A DNA stretch of 64,000 bases from Octopus vulgaris (taxonomy: Eukaryota): contig OX597841.1 in NCBI GenBank assembly GCA_951406725.2, positions 9,362,001 through 9,426,000 of the forward strand. Direction: 5' to 3'. The first letter of the stretch is position 1. Each line of letters starts with the position of its first letter. Of this stretch, positions 1-11,238 are shown piece after piece. The notes beneath the pieces were generated by a model, which worked only from the letters and a program-made list of their open reading frames with translations, ran no database searches and was not told where the DNA came from. The position numbers and the translations under genes were made by a program.

Positions 1-255
1 AGAAGGCGAGGACAGAAGCAGTGACCGAGAGAGAGAGAGGGAGAGAAGGAATCAGAGAAGAAGCAGTGATCAAGAGAGAGAGGGAGAGAAGGAATCAGAG
101 AGGCTGGGAGAAAAAGGCGCCAAAACAATTTGGCAACGAAGCAATGGCGAAGGAAAGAAAATAGTTTAAAGACATCGTGCAGGGGTTTTGATATGATAAA
201 CATAAAGAAGTTATTATGCACGTACGCTGCGAAATATATAATAAACCTTTACATA

Positions 256-644
256 AATAAATAACGTGAAATACACGAAGGGACGAACAAAAAGACAAAC
301 GGGTCATTCAAAGCCTTCATCCTCAGTCAGAAACTGATCCCTCATCGCAGATTTCGGCTGTTTAATTCTGAGATCCGCTCCGAATCAGCCAGCCACAGAA
401 GGAAAGAATGCAACGCAACAGAGACGAACATGAAACACACACACACATATATATACATACACACACACACATATATATACATACACACATACATATATAT
501 ATATATGTATATAATAAACCTTTACATAAATAAATAATAACATATATATATATATATATACATACACACACACATATATATACATACACACATACATATA
601 TATATATATGTATATAATAAACCTTTAGATAAATAAATAATAAC

Positions 645-675
<31 letters not shown>

Positions 676-968
676 TATATATATATATGTATATAATAAA
701 CCTTTGGATAAATAAATAATAACATATATATATATATATACATACACACACACATATATATACATGCACACACAAACATATATACATACACACACACACA
801 TATATACATACACACATACATATATATATATATGTATATAATAACTTTTAGATAAATAAATAATAACACATATATATATATATATACACATACACACACA
901 CATATATATACATACACACATATATATATATATGTATATAATAAACCTTTGGATAAATAAATAATAAC

Positions 969-999
<31 letters not shown>

Positions 1000-1385
1000 T
1001 ATATATATATGCATATAATAAACCTTTAGATAAATAAATAATAACATATATATATATATACATACACACACACATATATACACATACACACACACATATA
1101 TATACATGCACACACACACATATATATACATACAAACACACACATATATATATACATACACACACAAACACACATATATATACTTACACACACACACACA
1201 TATATATATACATACACACACAAACACACACATATATACATACACACATATATATACATACACACACACATATATATATATACACACACACACATATATA
1301 CATACACACACACACATATATATATATACATACACACACACATATATATATACATACACACATATATATATATACACATATATAT

Positions 1386-1416
<31 letters not shown>

Positions 1417-1661
1417 CATACATACACACATATATATATATATATATAATATATATATATATATAATAAACATTTACATAAATAAATAACGTGAAATACA
1501 CGAAGGGACGAACAAAAAGACAAACGGGTCATTCAAAGCCTTCATTCTTCAGTCAGAAACTGATCCCTCATCGCAGATTTCGGCCGTTCAATTCTGAGAT
1601 CCGCTCCGAATCAGCCAGCCACAGAAGGAAAGAATGCAACGCAACAGAGACGAACATGAAA
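256..1661 (-). repeat. Two ~180-bp direct repeats enclosing ~1 kb of compound (TA)/(TG) minisatellite with a TTATTATTTATTTATCTAAAGG spacer motif
   Basis: 256..435 and 1478..1661 are near-identical. The same cassette occurs at 56012..57365 and 61625..63030, and partially at 29555..30238. Confidence 0.85.
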
Positions 1662-1683
1662 CGAAAAATCTCTTTTGGAGACA

Positions 1684-1994
1684 TGATTGATTGATTGATT
1701 GATTGATTCTAGTTTCAGCTTATGAGCTGTGGCCATGCTGGGGCACCGCCATTTGGTGTTGCTACTTGGTTTTACTTAACGAAAGCTTTTTTGCAACTGC
1801 CATTTGGTGCATGAGAGAGTTCGATGCAGCTGCCCTCATCTGCACCTCCTGCCGTGACGTTGGTTCATCTGGGACACCTGACAGGAAGAGATCCAGTTTC
1901 ATTTTAAAGACATGTGCATCCACCCCATGCAGGTCTCTCAGGTTCTTCGGGAGGATATTGAAGAGCTGTGGGCCTCGGAAGCCAGGCTATCACA
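1684..1994 (-). mobile_element. 3' end of the CR1-type LINE with (ATCA)n tail, fused to LTR element A1
   Basis: Near-identical to 61294..61602 (GFRGPQLFNILPKNLR...AKKLS); (TGAT)n at 1684-1707. Confidence 0.9.
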
Positions 1995-3036
1995 CTGCTT
2001 CCTCCACTCCACGCGGAGTGGAGGAAGCAGTGTTAGGGCAGTCGACGGAAGGGAAGTGCACGTGGAGTGGAGTAAGCAGTGTTAGGGCAGTCGACGGAAG
2101 AGAAGTGCACTGCGAAGTGGTTACCGATGCGCAGATTGTGGTGCAGGGACTACAGCTGATGTTGCGAGAAATTGTGGTTGGTCACTTGGTGGACGAGATT
2201 GACGTGGTGATGGGGATGGATGCAATATTCCGCTTTGGAGGTGTCACCGTCAACGAGGCTGGCGTCACGTTTGGGTTAGCGGGGAAACCGTGTAGGGCGA
2301 GACCACGCACCGACGACAAGCGTGAGGAAAAGGATGCGGCGCACACCATTGAAGACCAGGATTTTCGGGCTGTCTTTGATGGCAAGAGGTGGACAGTGGA
2401 GTGGCACTGGAAGGGAGAGCCCCCGATGTTAAAGAATAAAGTGGGCTGCTATCAGCATACTCTAAAAGGAGATGCCAGAAGTGAGTTCGAGGGGGAAGTG
2501 GAGCGGTGGATTAAGGAGGGCATACTGATCCCTTGGGAAAAAGAAGAGAGCGGAGTCCTGCCACTGATGGCGGTGATACAGCCCACAAAGCATAAGGTCA
2601 GGCCAGTGCTCGACTTCCGAGAGCTGAATCACCACGTGTTGTGTCATACAGGCGGCGAGGCCACGTATGTCTGCGGAGACACCTTGCGAGAGTGGAGGCA
2701 GACGACGGGGGCCTCCACGATTGTCGATTTGAAGTCGGCATACCTACAGGTGCATGTGGCTGAGAAATTATGGAAGTACAAGCTCGTCCACCAAGTGACC
2801 AACCACAATTTCTCGCAACATCAGCTGTAGTCCCTGCACCACAATCTGCGCATCGGTAACCCCTTCGCAGTGCACTTCTCTTCCGTCAACTGCCCTAACA
2901 CTGCTTCCTCCACTCCACGTCTCTGCCACTTCTGTGGTCATCAGAGTCGTCGTACAGCCCGCGTCCACCAGGGCTCGCGACATCTTCCCCTTCACCAGAA
3001 TGTCGACCACAGGTAACGATGATAAACGCGCCGCTA

Positions 3037-3792
3037 CTAATCCAAAGGGATAACTACCGGCGCAGTAGTCTCCCGCGGTCCGTTTCCCCGCAGACACTCG
3101 CTGGCTACATGCCCTGGCTCTCGACACCGGTAGCAAACCACCTCTCGCTTGGGCGACGCGCAGTCGCGGACCATGTGTGGGCCTTGGCACCGGAAACACT
3201 GTCCTTTGAACGATCGCACGCGTTCTTTCCTCAGCCCCTCTCCGTTGCTCCTAGCTGGGCCACTTTTCGACGTTACAGTCGCTGCTACCGACGTCAACCT
3301 GCTGCACGAAACCAGTACACGTGCCCGCGATATGATATCGGCCATCGGCATCGAACGCACGTTCGGGAGCTTCTGTAGCTCGACCGACATGATGTCGGGA
3401 AAGCCGGTCACGAACGCTAACCTAACCGTCCGTTCTAGCGACTCTCCCTCATATCCCGCCAGTTTAGCCAACCTTCTAATCTCACCGGCGAACACGTCCA
3501 CCTGTTGTCCGGTCCATCTCATTCTACCCAGCCGAGCGTACGCTTCAAATATTCCTTCCGCGAAGGGCTCCATAAGTCAGATCTCCACTTTATCTTCGCT
3601 GAGTTGGTCCGTCTCCTCCATCTCTAAATATAACGCCAAGGCCGGGCCATCCAAATACAACGGCATAAAACTAGCCAGGTCAGCTATACCGTGGAGCTTC
3701 GCCACCAACTTTACCCTCTTCAACCAAGCGACCACATCGGTGTCGCCGCAAAACGGTGTTATAGGCTCGCGTGAAACCATAGCACTCTGCAT
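3037..3792 (-). pseudogene. gag: gag of copy A1, interrupted by an in-frame TGA (3577-3579)
   Basis: Two in-frame ORFs separated by one stop; CFRCQGPHMVRDC and CYRCREPGHVASEC knuckles; homologous to family-B gag. Confidence 0.9.
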
Positions 3793-3833
3793 AATTTTCT
3801 ACTTTTATTTTTTACGAAACCGAATGATTATTT

Positions 3834-3845
3834 GCCGAAATAGCT
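3834..3845 (-). promoter_or_regulatory. Primer-binding site of A1 (AGCTATTTCGGC)
   Basis: Directly follows the 5' LTR end (...ACTACA); identical to the family-B PBS; complementary to tRNA-Phe nt 1-12. Confidence 0.8.
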
Positions 3846-4156
3846 TGTAGTATGAAAAGAGTACAACAGAACAAGGAAAGGAATGGAAATGTAATTGGGT
3901 CTTACCTGGCCGGAGATGAACTCGGATCGCCTTTAGCCAACTCGCTCGCGTCGTGTCTTCTCGGTGTCTTCGTCGTGTCTGGCGCAACTGGTCAATGCCG
4001 CACGTGCGTTCTGTCTGTCACTTCCGCTTCCGCTCGCGCATGCGCCCTGCAAGACCTGCAAGCCCCATTTCCGCTCCCCCCCCATTCCGTCACACTCCTT
4101 CACCATCACACCACATATACAAGCATATACATACGTGCTTACATAATACATATATG

Positions 4157-4377
4157 CATTTCTTTACTACCCACAAGGGGCTAAACACAGAGGGGACAAA
4201 CAAGGACAGACAAACGGATTAAGTCGATTATATCGCCCCCAGTGCGTAACTGGTACTTAATTTATCGACTCCGAAAGGATGAAAGGCAAAGTCGACCTCG
4301 GTGGAATTTAAACTCAGAACGTAACGGCAGACGAAATACGGATATGCATTTCGCCCGGCGTGCTAACGTTTCTGCCA
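4157..4377 (-). mobile_element. tRNA-derived SINE (GGCGGCGAGCTGGCAG-head family)
   Basis: Same sequence as the copies at 18089..18502, 20647..20872 and 31513..31818; B-box-like GAGTTCAAATTCC in family members. Confidence 0.85.
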
Positions 4378-4448
4378 CGCACATCATCTTGGTAGTCTAC
4401 GCACATGCACAGAAGCAGACGCAACAAAACGCGCCTGCGAGCGCGCAT

Positions 4449-5858
4449 GCACTGACACACACAGCAATCAAACACACACTGACACACACAGCAATCAAAC
4501 ACACACTGACACACACAGCAATCAAACACACACTGACACACACAGCAATCAAACACACACTGACACACACAGCAATCAAACACACACTGACACACACAGC
4601 AATCAAACACACACTGACACACACAGCAATCAAACACACACTGACACACACAGCAATCAAACACACACTGACACACACAGCAATCAAACACACACTGACA
4701 CACACAGCAATCAAACACACACTGACACACACAGCAATCAAACACACACTGACACACACAGCAATCAAACACACACTGACACACACAGCAATCAAACACA
4801 CACTGACACACACAGCAATCAAACACACACTGACACACACAGCAATCAAACACACACTGACACACACAGCAATCAAACACACACTGACACACACAGCAAT
4901 CAAACACACACTGACACACACAGCAATCAAACACACACTGACACACACAGCAATCAAACACACACTGACACACACAGCAATCAAACACACACTGACACAC
5001 ACAGCAATCAAACACACACTGACAACACACAATCAAACACACACTGACACACACAGCAATCAAACACACACTGACACACACAGCAATCAAACACACACTG
5101 ACACACACAATCAACAACACACACACAGCAATCAAACACACACTGAGCAATAAACACACACTGACACACAGCAATCAAACACACACACTGACACACACAG
5201 CAATCAAACACACACTGACACACACAGCAATCAAACACACACTGACACACACAGCAATCAAACACACACTGACACACACAGCAATCAAACACACACTGAC
5301 ATACACAGCAATCAAACACACACTGACACACACAGCAATCAAACACACACTGACACACACAGCAATCAAACACACACTGACATACACAGCAATCAAACAC
5401 ACACTGACATACACAGCAATCAAACACACACTGACATACACAGCAATCAAACACACACTGACACACACAGCAATCAAACACACACTGACACACACAGCAA
5501 TCAAACACACACTGACACACACAGCAATCAAACACACACTGACACACACAGCAATCAAACACACACTGACACACACAGCAATCAAACACACACTGACACA
5601 CACAGCAATCAAACACACACTGACATACACAGCAATCAAACACACACTGACATACACAGCAATCAAACACACACTGACACACACAGCAATCAAACACACA
5701 CTGACACACACAGCAATCAAACACACACTGACACACACAGCAATCAAACACACACTGACATACACAGCAATCAAACACACACTGACATACACAGCAATCA
5801 AACACACACTGACACACACAGCAATCAAACACACACTGACACACAGCAATCAAACACA
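4449..5858 (+). repeat. 27-bp minisatellite (CACACTGACACACACAGCAATCAAACA)n, about 50 copies
   Basis: Period visible as the 9-codon repeat HTLTHTAIK; mirror at 51832..53420. Confidence 0.97.
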
Positions 5859-6392
5859 CGTTAGTAGATTGACTCAAAATGCGTGTCTGGCGGGATGATG
5901 AAGACAGAGAGATAGAGAATGACTGAAGGAGACCAATAGATACTCACATCTACACACACACAAGCACAAACACACACGCACACATACACACTCACAAACA
6001 CACACACACTCACGCACACATACACACACACACACACATCAAGCACAAACACACACGCACACATATACACTCACAACAAACACACACACACACATACACA
6101 AACTAACAACAAACATACACACTCACGCACACACATCAAACAAACACACACGCACACATACACACTCACAACAAACATACGCACACTCACGCACACATAC
6201 ACACACTCACAACAGACATACACACTCACGCACACACATCAAACACAAACACACACGCACGCATACACACTCACAAGAAACACACACACACACACATACA
6301 CACTCACACACACACACGCACACACACATTTGCAACCAATGTTTTATGTGTTCTTATGATTGCAACAATAGTGGTAAGTATAAGCGGAATAG

Positions 6393-6477
6393 TGGAGGCA
6401 CATAACCTAGTGGTTAGAACAGCGGACTCGCGGTCGAGAATTCGCGGGTTCGAATCTCAGACCGGGGGATGTGTGTG
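6393..6477 (+). mobile_element. 5' tRNA-like head of a SINE split by insertion of LTR element A2
   Basis: A-box-like TAACCTAGTGGTTAGA and B box GGTTCGAATCTC; the (GT)n run resumes at 14486 with the SINE body. Confidence 0.75.
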
Positions 6478-9400
6478 TGTAGTGTGAACGGTGAAAAGAG
6501 TACAACAGAAAAAGGGAGAATGGAAATGTAATTGGGTCTTACCTCGTCGGAGATGAACTTGGATCGCTTTTAGCCAACTCGCTCGTCTGGTCCCTTCGTC
6601 CTGTCTTCCGCAACTCCTCAATGCTGCACGTGCGTTCTGCCTGTCACTTCCGCTTCCTCCGGCGCATGCGCCCTGCAAACCCTGCAAGCCCCACTTCCGC
6701 TCTCCCCCATCCGCCACACTCCTTCACCACACACCACACGCCCCCCTGATCTACAGATCACTGAACCGGCTTCCTCACTCACTCCCGCACCTGAAACTGG
6801 TTTCATAATCAGCCAACCAGGGAGGAGGGTGCCGCTCCCTCTGTGGTCGCAGTGCGACCCTAGGACTTGTACCTGGCGTGTTGCTGCCGACCTCGTCATC
6901 CTGTCTGTTGTTTTCGTCTTGCCCACTGCTGCTGGCCCTATCCTCTGGGGCATGGACAATCCTCCGTATGTCCAAAACGTGGCGTGGCATACCATCGACC
7001 GAGATGTTATTCTTTGAATTTACGGAGGTTATTGTCCCCTTTCCCCATTGCGATGTACACCGTGCGTTTGGGGGTTTTACCCAGACTTCCTCCCCGACCT
7101 GCACGAAGGCGTGCTCTTCCTCTGCCCCGGGTCGCTTTGATGTAGTACACGGATGCCTCCACTCGTACCTGAATATTGCCCTGTGTGGCACCGACTCCTC
7201 AGCCTGTCCTGATCTGGGCACATATTGTACCAAAACACGGCCTCGACTGGTGAAATGTGACCCCTCTCTGCCATGGCCTTGATGGTACGATGATGCCTTT
7301 CCACCACCCCGTTTCCACTTGGCCGGTATGCCGCCCTGAAGAAGCGGTTGACCTTCCACTCATCAAGCATTTCTCTCAGCACATCCGAGCGAAATGCAGT
7401 GCCGTTGTCCAGAAGCAGTTCATCCACGGGGCCTCGTTCCAGGAATATCTCATTCAACACTTTCACAATTTCTTCTGCGGTCCCCGACTTCATCTCCCTT
7501 CACCCGCCCCGGTCTGCAGTCAATCATTGAGAGGTATGTCCCCTGCCGGTAGTGTGTTATGTCCACCGCCAGTCGTCTCCAGTCCTGGTCCACTGGAATA
7601 CTTCCCGCTTCATGCACGACCGGAGCAGGGTCGATGGACTGGCACCTGTCACAACTGCTAACCACTCTCTGCACGCTCTGTCTTGTTACGTCGGAGTCAA
7701 CTTTTCTGGCTAGGAACAATGTCCTGTCCACACCCATGTGATGCATGGTGTGTAGTCTCCGTAACTCCGAGTCGCTCAGACGGCATACTGCAGCTACATC
7801 CTGCTTCGCATTCCTCTGGCACCTTCAACCAGGCTCGCTTTACCCTGGTCAGGACGTCTGCCCTGTTCTTCTCAGAAGGCACAAAGATCACGCTCAGCTT
7901 CAGATTGAACTCAGTGGTTAGTTCACGCAGTATTCCTAATCGACGCTTTACCAGGATCTCTGCAGCCCCTTTGGTCCGCACCCTCCTCTCATCGGTGATG
8001 ACTGCTGTCGCCCAACCAAGTACAGTGGCCGAATCAGTCCTGATTTCTATGGTGTGCAACCCCCACTTCAAGGCTAGGTTCACCCCCTTCAGCACGGCAT
8101 CCAACTCCGCCACGTTGATGTGATTGCAGTCATCCATCTTCCTGAGCCAGGCCGCATCTTCCACCGTGACACCTCCCACTTCCAAGACGACCCCTATTGC
8201 GATGCTACTGGCGTCACACCATACGATCCCGCTCTTTGATTTGGGAACATACCAGCTGCCCCTCACCGGGTCCTCTGCTCCTACTCTGACCAAGACTTCC
8301 TGCATCATGTCGATTGTCCTCTCCCCCACTTTATCATTCCACTTCACTCCTTCGGCTCGTCTCTTGATGAAGCTACATGCTGTCCGGAGCCAGCCTGCAA
8401 TCGGGTAGTGTCCCACCAGCTTCCCACACACAGAGAACAGTTCCCGTCTACTCATGCTGGCGCCCAGTTCAGGGACCTCATTCCCTCGCCGGAACACCAA
8501 GGCGCCGGCCTTGTCTCTCCATAGCTTGAGGCCCAGTGCAGCACCTCCCTCCATAGCCACAATTGCTCGCAACGTCAGCTGTAGTCCCTGCACCACAATC
8601 TGCGCATCCGTAACCCCTTCGCAGTGCACTTCTCTTCCGTCGACTGCCCTAACACTGCTTCCTCCACTCCACGTGGAGTGGAGGAAGCAGTGTTAGGGAG
8701 TGGAGGAAGCAGTGTTAGGGCAGTCGACGGAAGAGAAGTGCACTGCGAAGGGGTTACGGATGCGCAGATTGTGGTGCAGGGACTACAGCTGACGTTGCGA
8801 GCAATTGTGGTTGGTCACTTGGTGGACGAGATTGACGTGGTGATGGGGATGGATGCAATCACCCGCTTTGGAGGTGTCACCGTCAACGAGGCTGGCGTCA
8901 CGTTTGGGTTAGCGGGGAAACCGTGTAGGGCGAGACCACGCACCGACGACAACCGTGAGGAAAAGGATGCGGCGCACACCATTGAAGACCAGGATTTTCG
9001 GGTTGTCTTTGATGGCAAGAGGTGGACAGTGGAGTGGCACTGGAAGGGAGAGCCCCCGATGTTAAAGAATAAAGTGGGCTGCTAGCAGCATACTCTAAAA
9101 GGAGATGCCAGAAGTGAGTTCGAGGGGGAAGTGGAGCGGTGGATTAAGGAGGGCATACTGATCCCTTGGGAAAAAGAAGAGAGCGGAGTCCTGCCACTGA
9201 TGGCGGTGATACAGCCCACAAAGCATAAGGTCAGGCCAGTGCTTGACTTCCGAGAGCTGAATGACCACGTGTCGTGTCATACAGGCGGCGAGGCCACGTA
9301 TGTCTGCGGAGACACCTTGCGAGAGTGGAGGCAGACGACGGGGCCTCCACGATTGTCGATTTAAAGTCGGCATACCTTCAGGTGCATGTGGTTGAGAAAT

Positions 9401-10428
9401 TATGGAAGTACCAGCTCGTCAGGTATAGGGGCCGGACGTACTGTCTGACCAGGTTGGGATTCGGGCTGAATTCAGCGACGAAGATTATGGCAACAATTCT
9501 CAAGGCAATCCTGGGGAAGGTGGACAGAGTAAAAAGGGCCACCAATTCATACATCAACGACATTCTGGTGGATGCCACTTCCGTAGTCATCAGGGTCGTT
9601 GTACAGCCCGTGTCCACCAGGGCTCGCGACATCTTCCCCTTCACCAGAATGTCGACCACAGGTAGCGATGATAAACGCGCCGCTACTAATCCAAAGGGAC
9701 GACTACCGGCGCAGTAGTCTCCCGCGGTCCGTTTCCCTGCAGACACTCGCTGGCTACATGCCCTGGCTCTCGACACCGGTAGCAAATCACCTCAGGCTTG
9801 GGCGACGCGCAGTCACGGACCATGTGTGGACCTTGGCACCGGAAACACTGTCCTATGAACAGTCGCACACGTTCTTTCCTCAGCCCCTCTCCGCTGCTCC
9901 TAGCTGGGCCACTTTTCGACGTTACAGTCGCTGCTACCGACGTCAACCTGCTGCACGAAACCAGTACACGTGCCCGCGACATGATATCGGCCATCGGCAT
10001 CGAACGCACGTTCGGGAGCTTCTGTAGCTTGACCGACATGATGTCGGGAAAGCCGGTCACGAACGCTAACCTAATCGTCCGTTCTAGCGACTCTCCTGTG
10101 GGATGACGTCAGCAGCAGGACGTCAGCCAGCGGGGTGCGTTGACCGGAAGCTGGGGCAAGCGGAAGGGGTCAGCCGTCAAGCGCGCGCAGGGGGCGGAAG
10201 TTGACCTTTCCAACGTGGGTTGACAAGACGTGCGAGGTGACAAGACGTGCGAGGTGACAAGACGTGACAAGACGTGCGAGGAAGTCGCTAAAGGGTTTGG
10301 GGCTAGCAGCTGCTATCGTTAGTGTTCGGGTAGGGGCTGTGAGGAAGGACCAGCCATCTCGGGAGGATCTCCGTCACCACGAAGAGAAGGTAGGTGCCTC
10401 TATATTCAAATCGCACACACTCACTACA

Positions 10429-10440
10429 AGCTATTTCGGC
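10429..10440 (+). promoter_or_regulatory. Primer-binding site of family B (AGCTATTTCGGC)
   Basis: Directly abuts the 5' LTR; absent after the 3' LTR; conserved with family A. Confidence 0.8.
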
Positions 10441-10473
10441 AGTTCGTAAACATTCACATTTTTTTTCAACACG

Positions 10474-11238
10474 ATGTCTGCAAAAATTAGGATCGCCAGT
10501 GACGTCGTCAGACCTTTTAACGGCGAAGGCGATGTAGTGGCCTGGATTCAGAAAATCAGGCTGGTGGCGAGACTGCAGGGCATAAGCGACGTGGCGAGTC
10601 TTATGGCGCTGTATTTGGAAGGGAGTGCGTTGTCACTTTACCTAGAGATGGATGTCGAAGAACGGCTCTGCGATGAGAATATAGAGCGGCGCTTGTGTGA
10701 CGCATACACGGAATGCGAGTACACAGCTTTCGCTAAGCTAGGTGCAATCAGGTGGACGGGAGGCCAGGTGGATGATTTTGCATCGGAAGCTAGAAGGCTA
10801 GCGACTCTGGCCGGGTTTGCCGGAGAAGAACTGGAGAGAGCAGCCCGACTGGCGTTCGTGAATGGGTTCCCCGACGATGTAGGGATTCACCTACAACGAC
10901 TGCCCGGGGTCAAAAAGATGCCATTGAGCGAACTTGTAACTCATGCTCGCGCGTTGACGAGACACTCTGGGCGGAAGGCGATAGCGATGGCGGTGACGGA
11001 GGCGCGTAAAGACGGACGACGTCCCGAGAAAGAGGTACAGAAGCCCACCGTGCAACGAGAGCGGCCGTTCTCAGGACGGTGTTTTAGATGCCAGGGACCG
11101 CACATGGCGCGGGACTGTACGCAGCCGGGGCCCGTTTGCTATCGATGCAGGCAGACAGGGCACATTGCCCGTGATTGCGGCCGGGGAAACGACCGCGGGG
11201 AAGTTGCTGCCTCTCGAACTTTCCCCTCAAACGAGTAG
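10474..11238 (+). CDS. gag: Gag with two zinc knuckles (family B)
   Basis: 254-aa ATG-initiated ORF; CFRCQGPHMARDC and CYRCRQTGHIARDC. Confidence 0.95.
   Translation: MSAKIRIASDVVRPFNGEGDVVAWIQKIRLVARLQGISDVASLMALYLEGSALSLYLEMDVEERLCDENIERRLCDAYTECEYTAFAKLGAIRWTGGQVDDFASEARRLATLAGFAGEELERAARLAFVNGFPDDVGIHLQRLPGVKKMPLSELVTHARALTRHSGRKAIAMAVTEARKDGRRPEKEVQKPTVQRERPFSGRCFRCQGPHMARDCTQPGPVCYRCRQTGHIARDCGRGNDRGEVAASRTFPSNE

Larger units (their letters stand above)
1992..4115 (-). mobile_element. LTR retrotransposon family A, copy A1: 5' LTR, gag with an internal stop, protease, inverted PR-RT segment, 3' half lost
   Basis: LTR at 3846..4115 (TG...CA); gag ORFs 3577..3792 and 3037..3573 with two CCHC knuckles; protease LVDAGC; RT motifs RPVLDFRELN and IVDLKSAYLQV on the opposite strand. 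Confidence 0.92.

Noticed and set aside
362-1532. Many Y/I/V/C/M-rich ORFs here and at 15.5 kb, 28-30 kb, 41.6-42.4 kb, 56-57 kb and 62 kb
   Set aside because: They are stop-free translations of (TA)n, (TG)n and (TATG)n microsatellites.
1703-2830. 375-aa ORF as a novel fusion gene
   Set aside because: It reads through an antisense LINE tail into an inverted pol fragment, and the mirror copy is broken (54843..55706 and 55588..55971).
4449-5858. Regular short repeats as a possible CRISPR array
   Set aside because: There are no unique spacers or cas genes, and the context is eukaryotic. The ~490-bp array likewise has identical spacers.
4242-5877. Long repetitive ORFs (HTLTHTAIK, CVFDCCVCQ) resembling His- or Cys-rich proteins
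   Set aside because: They are translations of a 27-bp minisatellite, open in several frames on both strands, and the start lies inside a SINE.
6393-6466. Functional tRNA gene
   Set aside because: The cloverleaf stems are poor, and it continues into a SINE body after the A2 insertion.
10097-10440. Tf1-type self-priming as the explanation of the odd PBS
   Set aside because: No complement of the PBS is visible in either family's LTR, and the PBS is shared between families whose LTRs are unrelated.
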